Positions 36,704-50,960 of a DNA stretch of 64,000 nucleotides are shown here, one piece after another (the stretch's first letter is position 1; every line of letters starts with the position of its first letter). Source of the DNA: Malacoraja senta (taxonomy: Eukaryota); assembly GCA_038087875.1 (NCBI GenBank), contig JAXLNO010000573.1:124001-188000 (forward strand). The letters run 5' to 3'. Under the pieces are notes generated by a model. That model did not search any database and was not told where the DNA came from. It saw only the letters and a program-made list of their open reading frames with translations. The translations under genes and the position numbers were made by a program.

Positions 36704-39700
36704 TGTTTGTTTTTTAAATATTTTTATTATTAGAAGTATTGTACATTGCAGTGATATCAAACAAAAATAAAATTATACATTTCTTGTACCACTTCTTATT
36801 TAAACTTTAAAAAGAAGAAAGATAGAAAGAGTTAGCAAAGATAGTGAGTGAGTGAGTGCAGGACTGGTCCTGAGAAACACATAGGAACATAAACCACAAG
36901 AAAGAGTTAAACAGAAAACCAAAGAAAAAGAAAGAAAAAAAATAGAGGACAAAAGAAAGTAAAATAAGATAAGATAAAAGGGATGTACCTACTTCGTATC
37001 TTTACACACCCCTCACCAGGTCCTGAAACCATTTATTTTCAGCGTTATGTTGCACCTTATGCTTGTAATAAGTCGATAAATGGAGACAAAATCTTTTGGA
37101 AATGGTCTGATTTGCCTGCTAAGAGGAATCTCATGTCTTCCTGGTGTAACAGTTCTGACATATTAGAAATCCACATCTTTATCGTTGGTGTGGGAGCGTT
37201 TTTCCAGAATTTAAGTATGTTTTTTTGCCATTATTAAGCCGTAATTAAGGAAGCTCTTTTGGAACGAAGTCAGCTCAAAGCTGGCTTCCATTGTTCCGAA
37301 AATAATCAGTTCTGCGTTCGGTTTCAGTTTTATTTTATATAATTTCGTAAAAATTTCAAAGATTTCATTCCAAAATTTTTGGATTTTTATACAAAAAACA
37401 AAAGAATGTGCTATAGTTGCTTCTTGGGTTAGACATTTATCACAGATGGAACAGACATTCGGATAAAATTTACTTATTTTAGTTTTTGAGTAGTATAGTC
37501 TATGTAAAGTTTTAAATTGAATTAGAATGTGTCTTACATAAATCGAGCATTTGTGCACATATAGCAAGTGTTTATCCCAACTCTCTTTCAAGATTTTTAT
37601 AGCTAGTTCTTGTTCCCAATCTCTTCTAATTCTATCAGATGATGGTATTTCTATATTTAGGATGGTATTGTACAAGTATGATATTAAATTAGTTGATTCC
37701 GCCTTTATATTCATTGCATCGTCTAATAGGTCTGGAGATAAATTTTGATATTCTTGTGTATATTTTTTCAAATAGTCACGGATTTGAAAATATTTAAAAT
37801 ATTGATTACTTCTCAGATTGTATTTAAGTTGTAGTTGGTGAAATGATAAAAAAAATTCCATTATCATACATGTCTCCAAACGTTTTAATTCCTATTCTGT
37901 CCCAGTATGTAAATGATTTATCTATAATAGATGGTTTAAACGACGGATTATTAACTATTGGTGAGAGAAGCGATAGGTTTCTTAATTTTAAAGTTAATTT
38001 TATTTGTTTCCAAATTCTAATTGTACTATGAATAATTGGATTTTTACTATATATTGTATTACTCAATTTTGTTGGTGAGAGAAGGATCGCTCCTATATTA
38101 AAAGGGGAACAATCCTCTCTCTCCATTACTATCCAATCCACCTGCTGGACAGAGTTGTCCAACAGGTGAATCATATTTTTGACATTTGCTGCCCAATAAT
38201 AATACAAAAAATTGGGGAGTGTTAATCCACCAAATTCTTTAGGTTTGCACAAATGTCTTCTTTGAATTCTATGGGATTTATATTCCCATATAAAATTTGT
38301 GATATCGGCATCCAGTTTAAAAAAAAACTTTTTTGTTAAGTATATTGGTATTGATTGGAATAGATATAAAATTTGTGGTAGAAAGATCATTTTTATAGGA
38401 TTTATTCGGCCTATTAGAGACATCGGAAGAGGTTTCCAAAATTTAATCAGGGCGTTTAATTTATTAAGTAGGGGCATATAGATTGCATTAAATAAAGATT
38501 TATATTTTCTAGTAATTTCAATTCCCAAATATTTAAATTTTTCTGAAGCAATTTTAAAAGGGAATTTTAACAGGTGTGTTGAATCTTGAGGTTTTATCGT
38601 CATAATTTCACTTTTATTCCAATTTATTCTATATCCTGAAAAGGATCCAAATTCCTCTATTAGATTTAATATATTTGGTATACTGATTTGTGATTTTGTG
38701 ATATATAGTAGTACATCATCTGCGTATAATGATATTTTATTATTTGAGTATTTTGTATTATAACCATGGATATTCGGATGCATTCTAATGCTTTCCGCTA
38801 AAGGTTCTATTACAAGAGAAAATAGCAGAGGTGATAGTGAACATCCCTGTCTATTGCCCCTTGATAAGAAATTTCGGGGACAACATATTATTAGTTAATA
38901 TTCTAGCAGTGGGCCTGTCATATAATAGTTTTACCCATGAGATAAAATTCTCTCCCATTTGAAATTTTTGCAATACTTTAACAAGATAGTCCCATTCCAC
39001 TTGATCGAATGCTTTTTCTGTGTCCAATGAAATAATTGATAAGTCTTGTTCTTCAGTTTTATATGAATGCATTATATTAAACAGACGTCTCAGATTATTG
39101 CATGAGTATCTCTTGGGTATAAACCCCGCTTGATCAGCATTTATTAATTTACTAACATATTTACTTAATCTTCTAGCTAATGTTTTCGCTAATATTTTTT
39201 GATCTGTATTTAACAGCGCAATAGCTCTGTATGAACCCGGGTCTTCTAAATCTTTATCTTTATTGGGTATAAGTGTAATCATTGATTCCGCTAATGTTTC
39301 TGGTAGTGTTTGTTCTTTAAAAGCATATGTATGCATTTTATGTAACCGTGGTGTAATTATCTCATAAAATCTTTTATAAAATTCATTACTAAATCCATCT
39401 GATCCTGGTGTTTTTCCATTCTTTAATGAGTTTATTGTTTCTTCTATTTCCTTAGTTGAGATTTGTGCTCCTAATTCCTCTTGTTCGATCAAATTAAGTT
39501 TTGGGAGATTACAGTTATCCAAGAACGCTATAACTTTAGTACTATCTGCTAATGCTTTAGATGTATATAAATGTTGATAAAATTGAGCAAATCTTTTATT
39601 AATATCATTAGGTAGTGTTAACAATTCCTCTTTATCTGATTTAATCTTTAAAATCGTATGAACTTTTTCCCGTTTTTTCAATTGACGTGCCAAGTTTATG

Positions 39701-39765
39701 CGGTTTATCCCCAAATTCAAAATGTTCCTGTTTTGTAATTTGAAATAATCTTACAAATAATAAGT
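36704..39765 (-). mobile_element. L1-clade LINE, 5'-truncated, disrupted ORF2
   Basis: ORFs 38851..39720, 37824..38783 (YADD) and 37211..37879 (CSICDKC..H..C); A-rich tail; 12-bp TSD TACACATATGTT at 36692-36703 and 39766-39777; TT/AA-type target. Confidence 0.93.
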
Positions 39766-40083
39766 TACACATATGTTAATGTTGCCATCAACCAAAGGTA
39801 TTCAGAGTTCATCTTATCATTGTATATTTTCAATTCATGCTTAAGCATGCTATTCAGTCACTAACTTTCTTCAGTTGCTGGGATATAATGTGTGCTTTTC
39901 TTCTGCAAAATATGGCTAATAAATATATTTTTTTAAATTAAAACATTAAAATAAAAGAAATTCTAACTGGCTTTGTAAGTCGTATAAACATTTTTAAAAT
40001 ACTGAGTGGAGTAGTTTTGATTTGCTTAAGTATTTAGATGTGATTGTATCTAGTTCTTCTTAAATTAGCAGAACTAGTCACAA

Positions 40084-40452
40084 CAAAACCGCAAAATATG
40101 TTAGTCATAGAGTGATACAGTGTGGAAACAGTCCCTTCAGCCCAACTTGCCCACAATGGCCAACATGTCCCAGCTGCACTAGTCCCACCTACAGTGCCTG
40201 CATTTGGTCCGTAGTCCTCAAAACCTGTCCTATCCATGTACCTGACCAACTATTTCTTAAAAAAATTGGGATAGTCCCAGCCTCAACTACCTCCTCTGGC
40301 AGCTCATTCCACACACACACCAGCCTTTGTGTGAAAACGTTACTCCTCGGATTCCTATTAAATCTTTTCCCCTTCACCTTGAAGGTCCTCGATTCCCCTA
40401 CTCTGGGCAAGAGATTCTGTGGATCTACCCGATTAATCCTCTCATGATTTTA
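40084..40452 (-). mobile_element. CR1 3' fragment
   Basis: ORF 40189..40410 (PRVGESRT..FTQRLVCVWNELPEEVVEAGT); gtcatagagtgatacagtgtggaaac tail. Confidence 0.85.
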
Positions 40453-41404
40453 TGTTGTGGAACATTACCTCAACAGGTTGAATTTGTGGGCAATGTTGCA
40501 ATAGATCCTACACTGGGCTGAGATATTGGACGTTGGGGACAAGAGCATGCATTGTGGGGGTTAAACAATTAAATACATGGAAATCATTCCTTGGCCGCTA
40601 CACATTGCAGAGCTTCTGATCTTTGGGGACAAATAATTGAACCAATCTTCCATGGTGTAATTGGGAGCTTGAATTAAAAGTGACGGTTCTGGGGATTAAA
40701 TAATTCAGCCATGAATGGGAGGAGCTATTGGCTTGACTATAGAAGTGGTCTTTATGAAATGGAAGTTCCAATTAGGTCCTTCATGAAGCACCTCAGGCTC
40801 TTCTAGTTCCAATCAGCAGCACAGTTATTTTTCAATATCACTCCTACGCTCTGGATGGCCGGAGGTTGCTCCCCTCTCAATTGTAGCAGCAGTCCCCTCC
40901 CAGACTGTTAAAATATCTCGCACCTCTTGGCATTCTCCATTCTGCTAAGTTTACAAATGTTGCCATCATTTCAATTTCAAGGCTCTGTCTTCCCAGTGTT
41001 TGTTCTTGCTTCTGGACTTCCATTCAGGACAACTGATTGGCGGCTCATTGACTTGGTCTAGCTGACACCAGACAGATTAATAAGGTTCTGCCATCAGCTT
41101 CAACAGAGGTCAAGCCCTGTGGGAGGATCATTTTCATCTCCACAACACATTATTCCCCCTCTGCAGATATTAAAATCTTGATGTCTTTTTATCCCTGAGA
41201 GCCATGCAATCTCCCAGGGGAGCCAAATAAAGAGATTTAGCTTGCCTGGTTAAATAACAATATTGATTGGTGTGTTAGTGTGCATTGCATTAGCCATCTA
41301 TTCAACTGATGGTGTTTAATGCCTGGGGAATAATTTAAATATAATTTTACATATGATCGTGCATAAATTGAGAGTATGATCTTCATAGTTATACATAATT
41401 TATA

Positions 41405-41407
<3 letters not shown>

Positions 41408-41443
<36 letters not shown>

Positions 41444-41499
41444 AGAGAGGGGGAGAGAGGGGGAGAGAGGGGGAGAGAGGGGGAGAGAGGGGGAGAGAG
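41408..41499. repeat. (GA)n followed by (GGGGGAGAGA)n
   Basis: Seen directly. Confidence 0.95.
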
Positions 41500-43605
41500 A
41501 ACGGGTTGACGGTAGAATTTGTTAGAGCCTTCTGTGATGTCCTGGGGGGGGGGGGGGTGACTACATGAAGGCCCTGGGGGAGAGCCTGGCGACCGGGGAG
41601 ATGCCCCTCTCGTGGCGCATGCCAGTCGTTGTCCTGTTGCCCAAGAAGGGCAAACTACGCCTGTTGAAGAACTGGCACCCGGTCTCTCTCCTCTGTACAG
41701 AGTATAAAGTTTTTGCACGGGCGATGGCAAAACGCCTGGGCTCCGTGTTGTCTCAACTGATTCACCCTGACAGTCCTATACAGTCCCTGGCCTGTCCATT
41801 CAGGATAACATCTCCCTGGTTAGGGACCTGATTCATCTATCTCAGGGAACTGGTCAGTCAGCTGCTTTTCTGTCCCTCGATCAGGAGAAGGCTTTTGACA
41901 GGGTAGATCATGACTACCTCTTCGGGACGCTGCCAGTGTTCGGATTTGGACTGCATTTTGTGGCCCGGGTCCTGCTTTTGTACGCCGCAGCGGTGACCTG
42001 CGGAGAATGCGTGAATGCCAGCAGGTTTTCTCAGCTGCGTCATCTGCCAGGATCAACTGGAGTAAGTGTTCTGGACCTTTGGTGGGTCAGTGGTAGGTGG
42101 ACTCCCTGCCGGAGGAGATGACATTGTATGCATGGAGTACCTCGCACCTCCTCTACCTGGAGGTTTGCCTGTGTCCCACAGGATGCTTGGCCGGCGAACG
42201 GGCAGGAGCTGGAGACGAAAGTCGTCGCCCGGCTGGGGCGCTGGTCAGGCCTGCTTCTTTCTTTCCAGGGTAGGTTGCTGGTCAGAAACCAGCTGGTGGC
42301 CTCCATGTTATGGTACTGGCTTGCAACCACAATCCAGAAGAGGCTAGTGGACTTCTTTTGGGGAGATAGGAAGCACTGAATTTCCGCAGCGGTCCCGAGT
42401 CTCCCATTAGAGGAAGGTGGCCAGTACTTGGTATGCGTGCGTACCCAGGTGGCGGCTCTCCAACTCAGGACTCTGCGGAGGTACGTGTATGCGGAGCACC
42501 CCACCAGATGGCACGCTCTGGCCACGTATTATTTCCGCCGGGGCCGTTGTCTAAGGGGGGTTTCGCAGCTCCCCACATGAGGTCTGCCTAGCTTCTACTG
42601 CGGTGTGTTAAGAGTGAGGAATTTGGTCATCTTCAGCCAGCACGTTGCTCCTCAGTGGGAGGGGGGTGTTGTAACTGCGAGGGGGGCCAGTCCTCACCCT
42701 GTCATGGTGTGTGCGCTCAGAGTGATTCTGACCGAGCTTACCCCCGCTCCGCCAGATTTGGTCATCGGGCCCTGGCTCCGGAATATTTCCCGGACGCTGG
42801 CCCTACACAACATGAGCCGCCTTTCCGAGATGCCCAGCGTGCCGTTTTATGATGCGGAGAGACGCGCACTGTACAGCTTGCTCCTGCACACTCTGCACCT
42901 CCTCGCCTTTGTCTTCCATCCGGACACGCCATGGCGGTCCGTGTTACCACCTGACGGCGGGGGCGGTCCCCAGTGGAGGTCTCTCTACAAGGGAGTCCTC
43001 CCCCTTTACATCGGGGACCTGGGGTGGAGAGTGTTGCACAGGGCCGTGGTGTGTAATAAACTTTTGAGTCGGTTCACGGACTTGCCAGCCACCTGTAACT
43101 TCTGCGGCGAGGAAGAGACCGTGTTCCACGTGTATATGGAGTGAGAGAGGTTGCTGCCCCTATACCAATATCTGAAGGGGTTGTTCCTCAAGTTCTGGTT
43201 GCATTTTAGTCCTACGATTCTAATGTTTGGACACAAGGCAGGGTGTGGGGAGAGCCGATTGGGGGGGTTGGACTTTCCTGTCGGTTTGCTCCTGGGCCTG
43301 GCCAAGATGGCCATTCGTGCAGCCAGCGGGCGGTCGATGGTCAGGCTAGTGGGCTACCTGCCCCTCTTTCGGGCCTACGTCCGTGCACGTGTGTCCCTGG
43401 AGAGGGAACACGCGGTGTTCACGGGGACTCTGGAGGCCTTCCGTGGGCGCTGGTCACCGCGTGGGGTTGAGAGTATTGTAAACAATGAATGCACTGTTGT
43501 ACTATAATGATTATTTGATATAGTGTAATTTCTGATTATGTTTTGATGTGTTGTAACATATGACCATAACGTTTTTGAAAAGAAAAAAAGAAAAAAAAAA
43601 AAAAA
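41500..43605 (+). mobile_element. Tx1-type (L1 group) non-LTR retrotransposon, 5'-truncated, RT core deleted
   Basis: GLTVEF, LLPKKG..LKNWHPVSLLCTEYK, SLDQEKAFDRV, ARINWSKC, CNFCGEEETVFH; YADD region missing near 41995; poly(A) at 43578-43605. Confidence 0.88.
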
Positions 43606-43629
43606 GAGCGAGAGAGCATAATCAGTGTA

Positions 43630-44035
43630 TAGTTTAGTTTAGTTCATTGTCACATGTGCTGAGTTACAGTGCAAAGTTGCGTGCTATCCATTCAGCAGAT
43701 CCACAATACATGATTACAATCGAGCCATCCACAGTGTACGCGTACATGAGAAAGGGAATAACATGAAAATGTTGAGTGCAAGATAAATTCCAGTAAAGTC
43801 TGATGAAAGATAGTCTAAGGGTATCCAATGAGGTAGATAGTTGTTCAGGACCGCTCTCAATTTGTTGATAGGATGGTTCATTTGTCTGATAACAGCTGGG
43901 AAGAAACTGCCTCTGAACCTGGAGGTGTGCATTTTCACACTTCTGTAGCTTTTGTCCAATGGGAAAGGTGGGAAGGGGGAGTGCCAGGGTGCGACTCGTC
44001 CTTGATTATGCTGCTGGCCTTGCCAAGGCAGCGTG
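43630..44035 (-). mobile_element. Rex1/Babar-like LINE 3' end
   Basis: ORF 43714..44040 includes YRSVKMHTSRFRGSFFPAVIRQMN; same family as 13072-13500. Confidence 0.72.
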
Positions 44036-45420
44036 ATCAAGGGGAAAACATGAATACCGTTTAGTGCATGATAAACTAAAAAAAAATTACAATGGGGCTA
44101 CAGCAGGAACACCCACAACGTGGCCCTCTGACTGCTGATCCTGTTCTCACCACTCACAGGGAACCAATTCCATCTTTCCAGGTGACTAAAGGATCTGTAA
44201 TTATGCTGGCTGGAGAAGCGTGGGATAACCAGCAAAAGAGCATTGAAAATACAAGACTAACAAGGCTAGAATAATTTTTGTAACATGGCCAAATCGTTAG
44301 AGGTATGAGAGAGTTGTTGGCCTTGCCCTTCACCTGCAGTTGACAAATACATGAATCACAACCAAAATAATGATTCTCTGATAACCCTCAATCAATCCAT
44401 ATTGAAGAAAAAGATATAATGTCCATAAAAATGATTTCACATTGTGGCAGCTGTTCAGCACATAAGATGGAATTTTAATTTTAGATTGTTTACAAAACCA
44501 ATGATTTGGCACATTTTCCGATCAGTTAATGGCCTTCTGTGATAACAATGAAAACCACTGTTGTGCCTTCAATTATCAACAGGGTAATATCTCATATTCC
44601 ACAGCTTGAGAAATCTATGCACCAAAATCTTTCCTTTAAAACATTAACAAAACGTAACTAAAATGTAGGTAATATTTTCTGAGGTTTAGAAATATATTAT
44701 TTGTCTGTTATTAAATTTTGGTTTAATCTGCACCAAAGCAGAGACATCACTACTATTTTTTTAGCTTGGACATGTAATTATTAAACCCAACCACAGATAG
44801 TAATGTAGAGATGAATCTCAAAGGTACTGGACCCATGAAATTGAATGATTTACATACCATTACATGACCAGATCATATATAAAATGGAGAAAGGACACGT
44901 CTAAATCACCCACATAAAGTGATGCCAAATCTTCCTCTGGGTGGATTGTAATGGGTCAACCAGGCAGCAATTCAGCTTACATATTATACAGTAGCAGGTT
45001 ATTTTGACTACACAGCAATAAAAATGGATTAGAAGAAGTAGAACAAACTGAAGAAAGGTAAAAGGTATCTGTCAAAATGCATAGCTTTATTCCTTCATGT
45101 ACTCTTGCTCCAGATCAGAAGACCAGAAAGTTGTGCTCTCACTTTTGGGTACAATCTGACACAAAGCTGCAGCATAGCATAGAGGGTCTTATCGGGTCTT
45201 ATAAAGCCCAATTCTAGTTATGTCTCAGAATCCATTTAATGATGCTGATGTGTGTTGTGTTTGTCTATGTCATTCACCAGTTAAGCTACATCAGGAGTGG
45301 ACAAATTTAATATTGTGGCCCTTCAGTAAATCTCAAACGGAGGAATGAGGCAAATAATTTAGAAGGCAAAGGTAAAGCCTGCGGAATAAGAAGATTGCTA
45401 GGGATGTGCAAAAAGTATTA

Positions 45421-46510
45421 TGGGCCTGTCCCACTTAGGCGACTTTTTAGGCGAGTGCAGGAGACTCTGCGCTCACCACATGATCGCCACATGGTCGCCA
45501 CATGTTCGCTGGTGGTCTCTGGTGAGTCTCCTTCATGGTCGCCAGGAGTTCCCGCATTCTGGGAACCAGTCGCGGCCTCAGTATGGTCACGGTAAATTTT
45601 TCAACATGTTGGTCGCCATGGAGAAAATTGATAATCCTGTAGTCGTGGGTGCAGTTGTAGTGGGGTCGCCATGTAGTTCTAGGTAGTCGAGGTAGTCTTA
45701 GGTAGTTTTAGTTAATCGCCTTTGCTGACTGGTCATTTTCATTGTCTCATTGGGGAAAAAAACGTAAGCTCGAGTTTTCAGAACCAAGGAGAACCGACCG
45801 GTGATGTTAAATGCCCGCCGAACTTCACAGCTGTGTATCTCTGGCTTATTAAAAGTTGTCTGGCTTCTTAAAAGTATCTCCCCCCCTTCTCCCCCCCATC
45901 CCCTTGTCCCCCCCCTCCCCTTCTCCCCCCCCCACTTCTCCCCCCCACTTCACCCCCCTTCTCCCCTCCCCTTCTCCCATCCTTCTCCCCGCATTCTTCC
46001 CCTCCCCTTCTCCCACCCCCCTTCTCCCACCCCCCTTCTCCCCCCCTTGTCCCCCCACCTTCTCCCCCCACCTTCTCCCCCCCCCTTCTCCCCCCCCCCT
46101 TCTCCCCCCCTTCTCCCCCCTCTTCTCCCCCCCTTCTCCCACCCCCTTCTCCCCCCCCTTCTCCCCCCACCTTCTCCCCCCCTTCTCCCCCCCTTCTCCC
46201 CCCCCTTCTCCCCCCCTTCTCCGCCCCCTTCTCCCCCCCTCTTTTAAAGGACTTACCGTACTGTGCTAGCCGTCTTAACCTTCCTGTTCATCGCGGTGTG
46301 TGTCTGTATCGCCTTGGCCTTGCACCGTGTGAATTTCAGACAGCGCTCCCCCTGCTTGCCCTGGCCCCCGCCTTTGCAATGTGTTTGTGTGTGTGTGTGT
46401 GTGTTCCACTCTGACAGTCGCCGTTCCAGTTCCCATTTTTTCAGACGACTGCCGGCAACTAGACAGCTACCGGCAGTCCACTGACAAGTCGCCTAAGTGG
46501 GACAGGCCCT
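45421..46510. mobile_element. Non-autonomous PIF/Harbinger-type element
   Basis: 25-bp TIRs (T/A)GGGCCTGTCCCACTTAGGCGACTT, 24 of 25 matching; 3-bp TSD TTA at 45418-45420 and 46511-46513. Confidence 0.88.
45877..46242. repeat. C-rich polypyrimidine tract, approximately (CCCCCCTTCT)n
   Basis: Seen directly. Confidence 0.93.
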
Positions 46511-49500
46511 TTAGAGTCATGGAATCATAGCGTCATACAGCCTGGAAACAGTCCCTCTGGTGCACCACGTGTGCCAATCTACACGGATCCTATTTGTCCA
46601 TATTCAGATTGTATCCTTCTATGCCTTCTATTTATCACTTTCTTTTGTGTGCAATAGTGGTTAAGAAAATGAAAACGATACATAAGGAATGTGATATAAT
46701 TATCATTCACATACAGCACAGAACCAGATCATTCAGGACTATAGGTCCAGTCAATAATCAAACACGAATGTAGACTCCTTCAACTCTCATTTATCTACAT
46801 CTACCAATATGCACTTTCTAGAGACACAGTGCGAATCTCACCTCTTTAAATGGATCTATGTATTTGCTGAAGGAACCAAATTGAAGGGTATAACTAACAT
46901 TGACAAAAACATGCCACACAAAATACAACTAGAAATGACACTGTGCTGCACTGACCTTGAAGCATTGTAGTGAGAAATTACAGCCTTAACTATTCAGAAA
47001 TCTTGGCAACAACATGTCACCTCAACAGTAAAGTGGCAGCTAAAAGCTGGAGTATGGAAACTGAGGAATTCATTGCAGTGTGATTAGATGCTTCCTTCCT
47101 TGTTGAGAAACATTTGTTGAAGAAAAACTGAAGGCATCTTCAAAGCTTTTGTGCAAATGCACATGAGGTGGAGCAAAGATCATATGAATTGTCACTTTAG
47201 CTTTGGTGTACCCTTTGTGGAATATTGTGGTCCAGTATAGACAGCAGTCACTTCACCCATGACCATGAGTCTAATTGCCAGAGGACTAAAATCAACTCTC
47301 ATTGACTGGCTCTCAACACTGCTAAATATCAAGCCTCCAATGGAGTCATTGTGGGCTCAGCTCAGCCCAGAACTCTGTCCATGGTGCTGGTGTTTTCCAG
47401 GCACAGTTTGTGATGCTGGTCATTTGCTTCTCATGGTAAGTCTGCCTGTGACAGGGATTGGAGCGGCCCTTGGAGAGGACCGTGTGTCGTCACAGCATCT
47501 ACAGTAATGAAAGTCAAAAAATGCAACATATTGCCAGAGTTTGCCCTTCCTAATCTTTTGCACTTGGAAATACCGAAAACAGGCTCCAAAACCTTGACAA
47601 TAATATACAAGTTATTAAATCACCATCACTGAATCAGAAAAGGACCTCCTAAAGCAGGCATTTTTTGGCAGTGTAAAATAAAAGAAATAAAACAAAAATA
47701 AACTTAGCCTAATCACGTTTGTAGCTGTCTGCTTCCAGATCTGATGTTTGGTTGATGACTACTCTCGGGTGGCTGCAGGTTGTCAAATCATGTTTCAGTG
47801 TCTACAAGCATCACATTTTAACCATCTTTCTTACATTTAAAGCTGTTGGTTTGGGTTCTTGAGTCTTGGGAAACACAGCAAATGAAAGGAAGTGAGGACA
47901 GTTCGATGAAGCGGGTAAGTAGCATTGCTGCACAGCTCGCAAAATGTAGCAGTAAGATTATCTCCTTGAGGCACAACTGAAGCCCTACACTCCGCCTACT
48001 CCCTCAGCAATCAGGCCTCTTCAACTCCACGCATTGTTCCTCCAAACCCACACCCAATGATCTTTTCCACCCAACTCTATCTCTATCCCATCAGGATCAG
48101 TACTTGCCAGCCATCGTTGTTACTGTGTTATTAGAACCTACCACGTAGTACCTCCATATTCTCTACATAGACCTCTTCAAATCTCTTCCTCCATTAGGGC
48201 TTACTAGTGGAGTTACTCTTGGCAAACAGCTGGCCTATCCTTCATCCCTGTTGCCTGCAGCTTGCCCAAACTCATTTTTTCCACCACCACCAACCACCAT
48301 GAAGAGGTGTAAATATCATGCTCTGACATTTTTAATGAGTGAGTGTTTGTAGGTTACTTCAAAGGACAATTAAAAATTAAACACATTGGTGATTCTGGAG
48401 TCATAGAAATAGGCCAGACCAATTATGGGTGCTAATTGTTTTCCTGTGATGAAATATAGTGAACCAGATATTCTTTTTGGCAATAGAATAATTTTACAAT
48501 CACATTGACTAATATTAGAAGAGACAAGATTCCGATGATTTAGATAAAGGTTTTTAAAGTTATGGTTAGATGCCACAGAGTGGATGTATCTCCATAATTG
48601 GAAGAATCCAAACTGAGAAGCCCAATTACAAGTTTCCAATAAATCCATCGGGTTAGGAACTATTAGAAGAAAGGCAGCATCAATGTCATTTGCTTCAGCC
48701 ATCTATCACGAGAAATGGTTGGGGTAAATTACTTAATGCTTTCAAAAGGGAAATAGATTAATGCATGAGAATAATGCGAAGGGTCAGAAACCCCCGAGAA
48801 ACTAAGATAACTCGAAAGTTTTGGAGAAGGTGCAGGTGGACATTAATCATAAATAAACAGAGAAGTTAAGTTGAAAGGTCTGTTTCTATATTGTATGGCA
48901 AGACCAACACTTCCAAATAATAATTAACAAAAATAGATTTTTCGTAGTCATTGTGCATCACTTTCACAAAGGAACTGGAAAGAAGGCGGAGGAAATAAGG
49001 GGCAATGAAAATCTGTTCAGGAAGCAACAACAGTTGTGAGTTATGATTGGATTGCACAGAGTGGATATAGAGCACGTCGAAGAATCAATACTGAGAAGCC
49101 CAAATTACGTTTCCAATAGATCCAGGCTGTATGTTTGAGAAGTATAGTTCGTAAAAGGGAAAAGAAAAGAACTTGCCAAAACACACAGTGGGACCTCCAG
49201 CATCACCATCTACAGCCCAGCTCTATATTTCACTACTACTTATATTGATCAAAGCATCATTCACTAAAAACAGGGTTTGCTAAATATTGGGATCTTTTCT
49301 GAGCTTGAAGCCTCCCTTTGCTTAAGATAGTGAATGCTTCTGAAGATGTATTAAGATGTATTACCTTTCATTTGTGGAGCCAGGAGAGTAAGAGACTTTA
49401 TATATCCCCGGACCCAAGAAATAAATTGTGGTGTAGTATGTCCTAGAACCATCTCATCTCACACTAAAAACACGCAAAAACCCCATCCCTCATCACTTTT

Positions 49501-49621
49501 GCTTATCAGTGAGTCTTCCTTGGGTGATGCCTCTCTGTGATGTCTGATTTGTCCAAATTTCCAGTCCAACTCACCAAGCAGCAACTGTTTTCTGCCTGTT
49601 ACAAGCTGGCAACAATATAAA

Positions 49622-50062
49622 TGTTCATAAGTTCATGTTCATAAGTTCTAGGAGCAGAATAAGACCATTTGGCCAACAGGTCTATGATGGCTGATCTATC
49701 TTCCCTCTCAACCCCTTTCTCCTGCCTTCTCCCCATAACCCCGACACCTGTACTAATCAAGAATCTGTCAATCTTCACTTACAAATATCCATTGACTTGG
49801 CCTCCACAGCCATCTGTGGCAATGAATTCCACAGATTCACCACCCTCTGATTAAATAAATTACTTCTCATCTCTTTTCTAACGTTACATCCTTTTACTCT
49901 GAGGCTATGGCTTCTGGTCCTAGACTCTCCCAATAGTGGAAACATCCTCTCCACATTCACTCTATTCGGTAAGTTTCAATGAGGTCCCCCGTTACCCTTC
50001 TAAACACCAGCGAGTACAGGCCCAGTGCCTTTAAACGTGCATCATATGTTAACTCAATCATT
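49622..50062 (-). mobile_element. CR1 3' fragment
   Basis: ORF 49775..49960 (MFPLLGESRTRSHSLRVKG..QRVVNLWNSLPQ). Confidence 0.85.
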
Positions 50063-50507
50063 TTTAATTGATGCCATCACATTTGAGAACCAGTTTCTTT
50101 CACATGCGAAGACCCTTGATATATTGGATCTAGGCAATGTTGCATAATTTAAAGTTATCGTCTTTCAAAATGAATGGTCTTTCCTGACTACTGGAGACAA
50201 AAATACAGCTTCGGGAGAATAAATATTAAAGTCACCCTATATTTTATTTTGTTATATGAGACTGATAACATTTGTTAGACAAGCTATTTTCTGGTCCTAT
50301 GTCATTCATGTCACAGCACATATCAAATAATCTCAACAATCTGTCCATAGATTTATAATAAACATAAAATGAATATACAATTATTTTACAAAATAAATTG
50401 ACACACTAGGAAATAAAGAAGTTAATTTAACTTCTATTATGACAGATACAATGGAGATGTCTTTCTGTGACTGTTTGCATATGTAAGTGAAAAGAACGTT
50501 ATTTTTT

Positions 50508-50960
50508 ATTGGCCTCACTCTGGGAATGAAGGAAGCCCAGGACAGAAAGGTTAGTGTGGGAATGAGAAGTGGAGTTAAAGTGGTTAGCAACCAAGAGATA
50601 CAGTAAGACCAGGCAGACTGAGCTCAAGTATTCACCAGAACCACTGGATGCAGTAGATGAGGTTAGAGGAAGTGCACGTGATCCTCTGTCTCACCTGGAA
50701 GGACTGCTGGGTCCCTGGATAGATGTGAGTGGGGAGGGAAAGGGACAAGTGTTTCATCTCCCTCCAGTGTTGCAGGGAAACATAAATGAAGGGGATAGTT
50801 TGGATGGGAAGGGGTGAGCGAACCAAGGAGTTGTGCAGGGGGTGTTTTTTGCAGAAGGCAGAAAGGAGTGGGGATGGGAAGATGGGAATGGTGGCAGGCT
50901 CATGTAGAAGGTAGTTTAAATGTCAGGGAAGATGTGTTGGATGCAAAGACTAGTGGGGTG
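50508..50960 (-). mobile_element. Decayed PLE fragment (GIY-YIG region)
   Basis: SFQVRQRITCTSSNLIYCIQ in ORF 50632..50826; similar to 21128-21660. Confidence 0.75.

Noticed and set aside
45801..46269. Pro-rich and Gly-rich ORFs
   Set aside because: Translations of the C-rich low-complexity tract
48571..49130. Two similar ~80-bp segments as duplicated exons
   Set aside because: No shared open frame, and both resemble heavily decayed CR1 3' coding sequence
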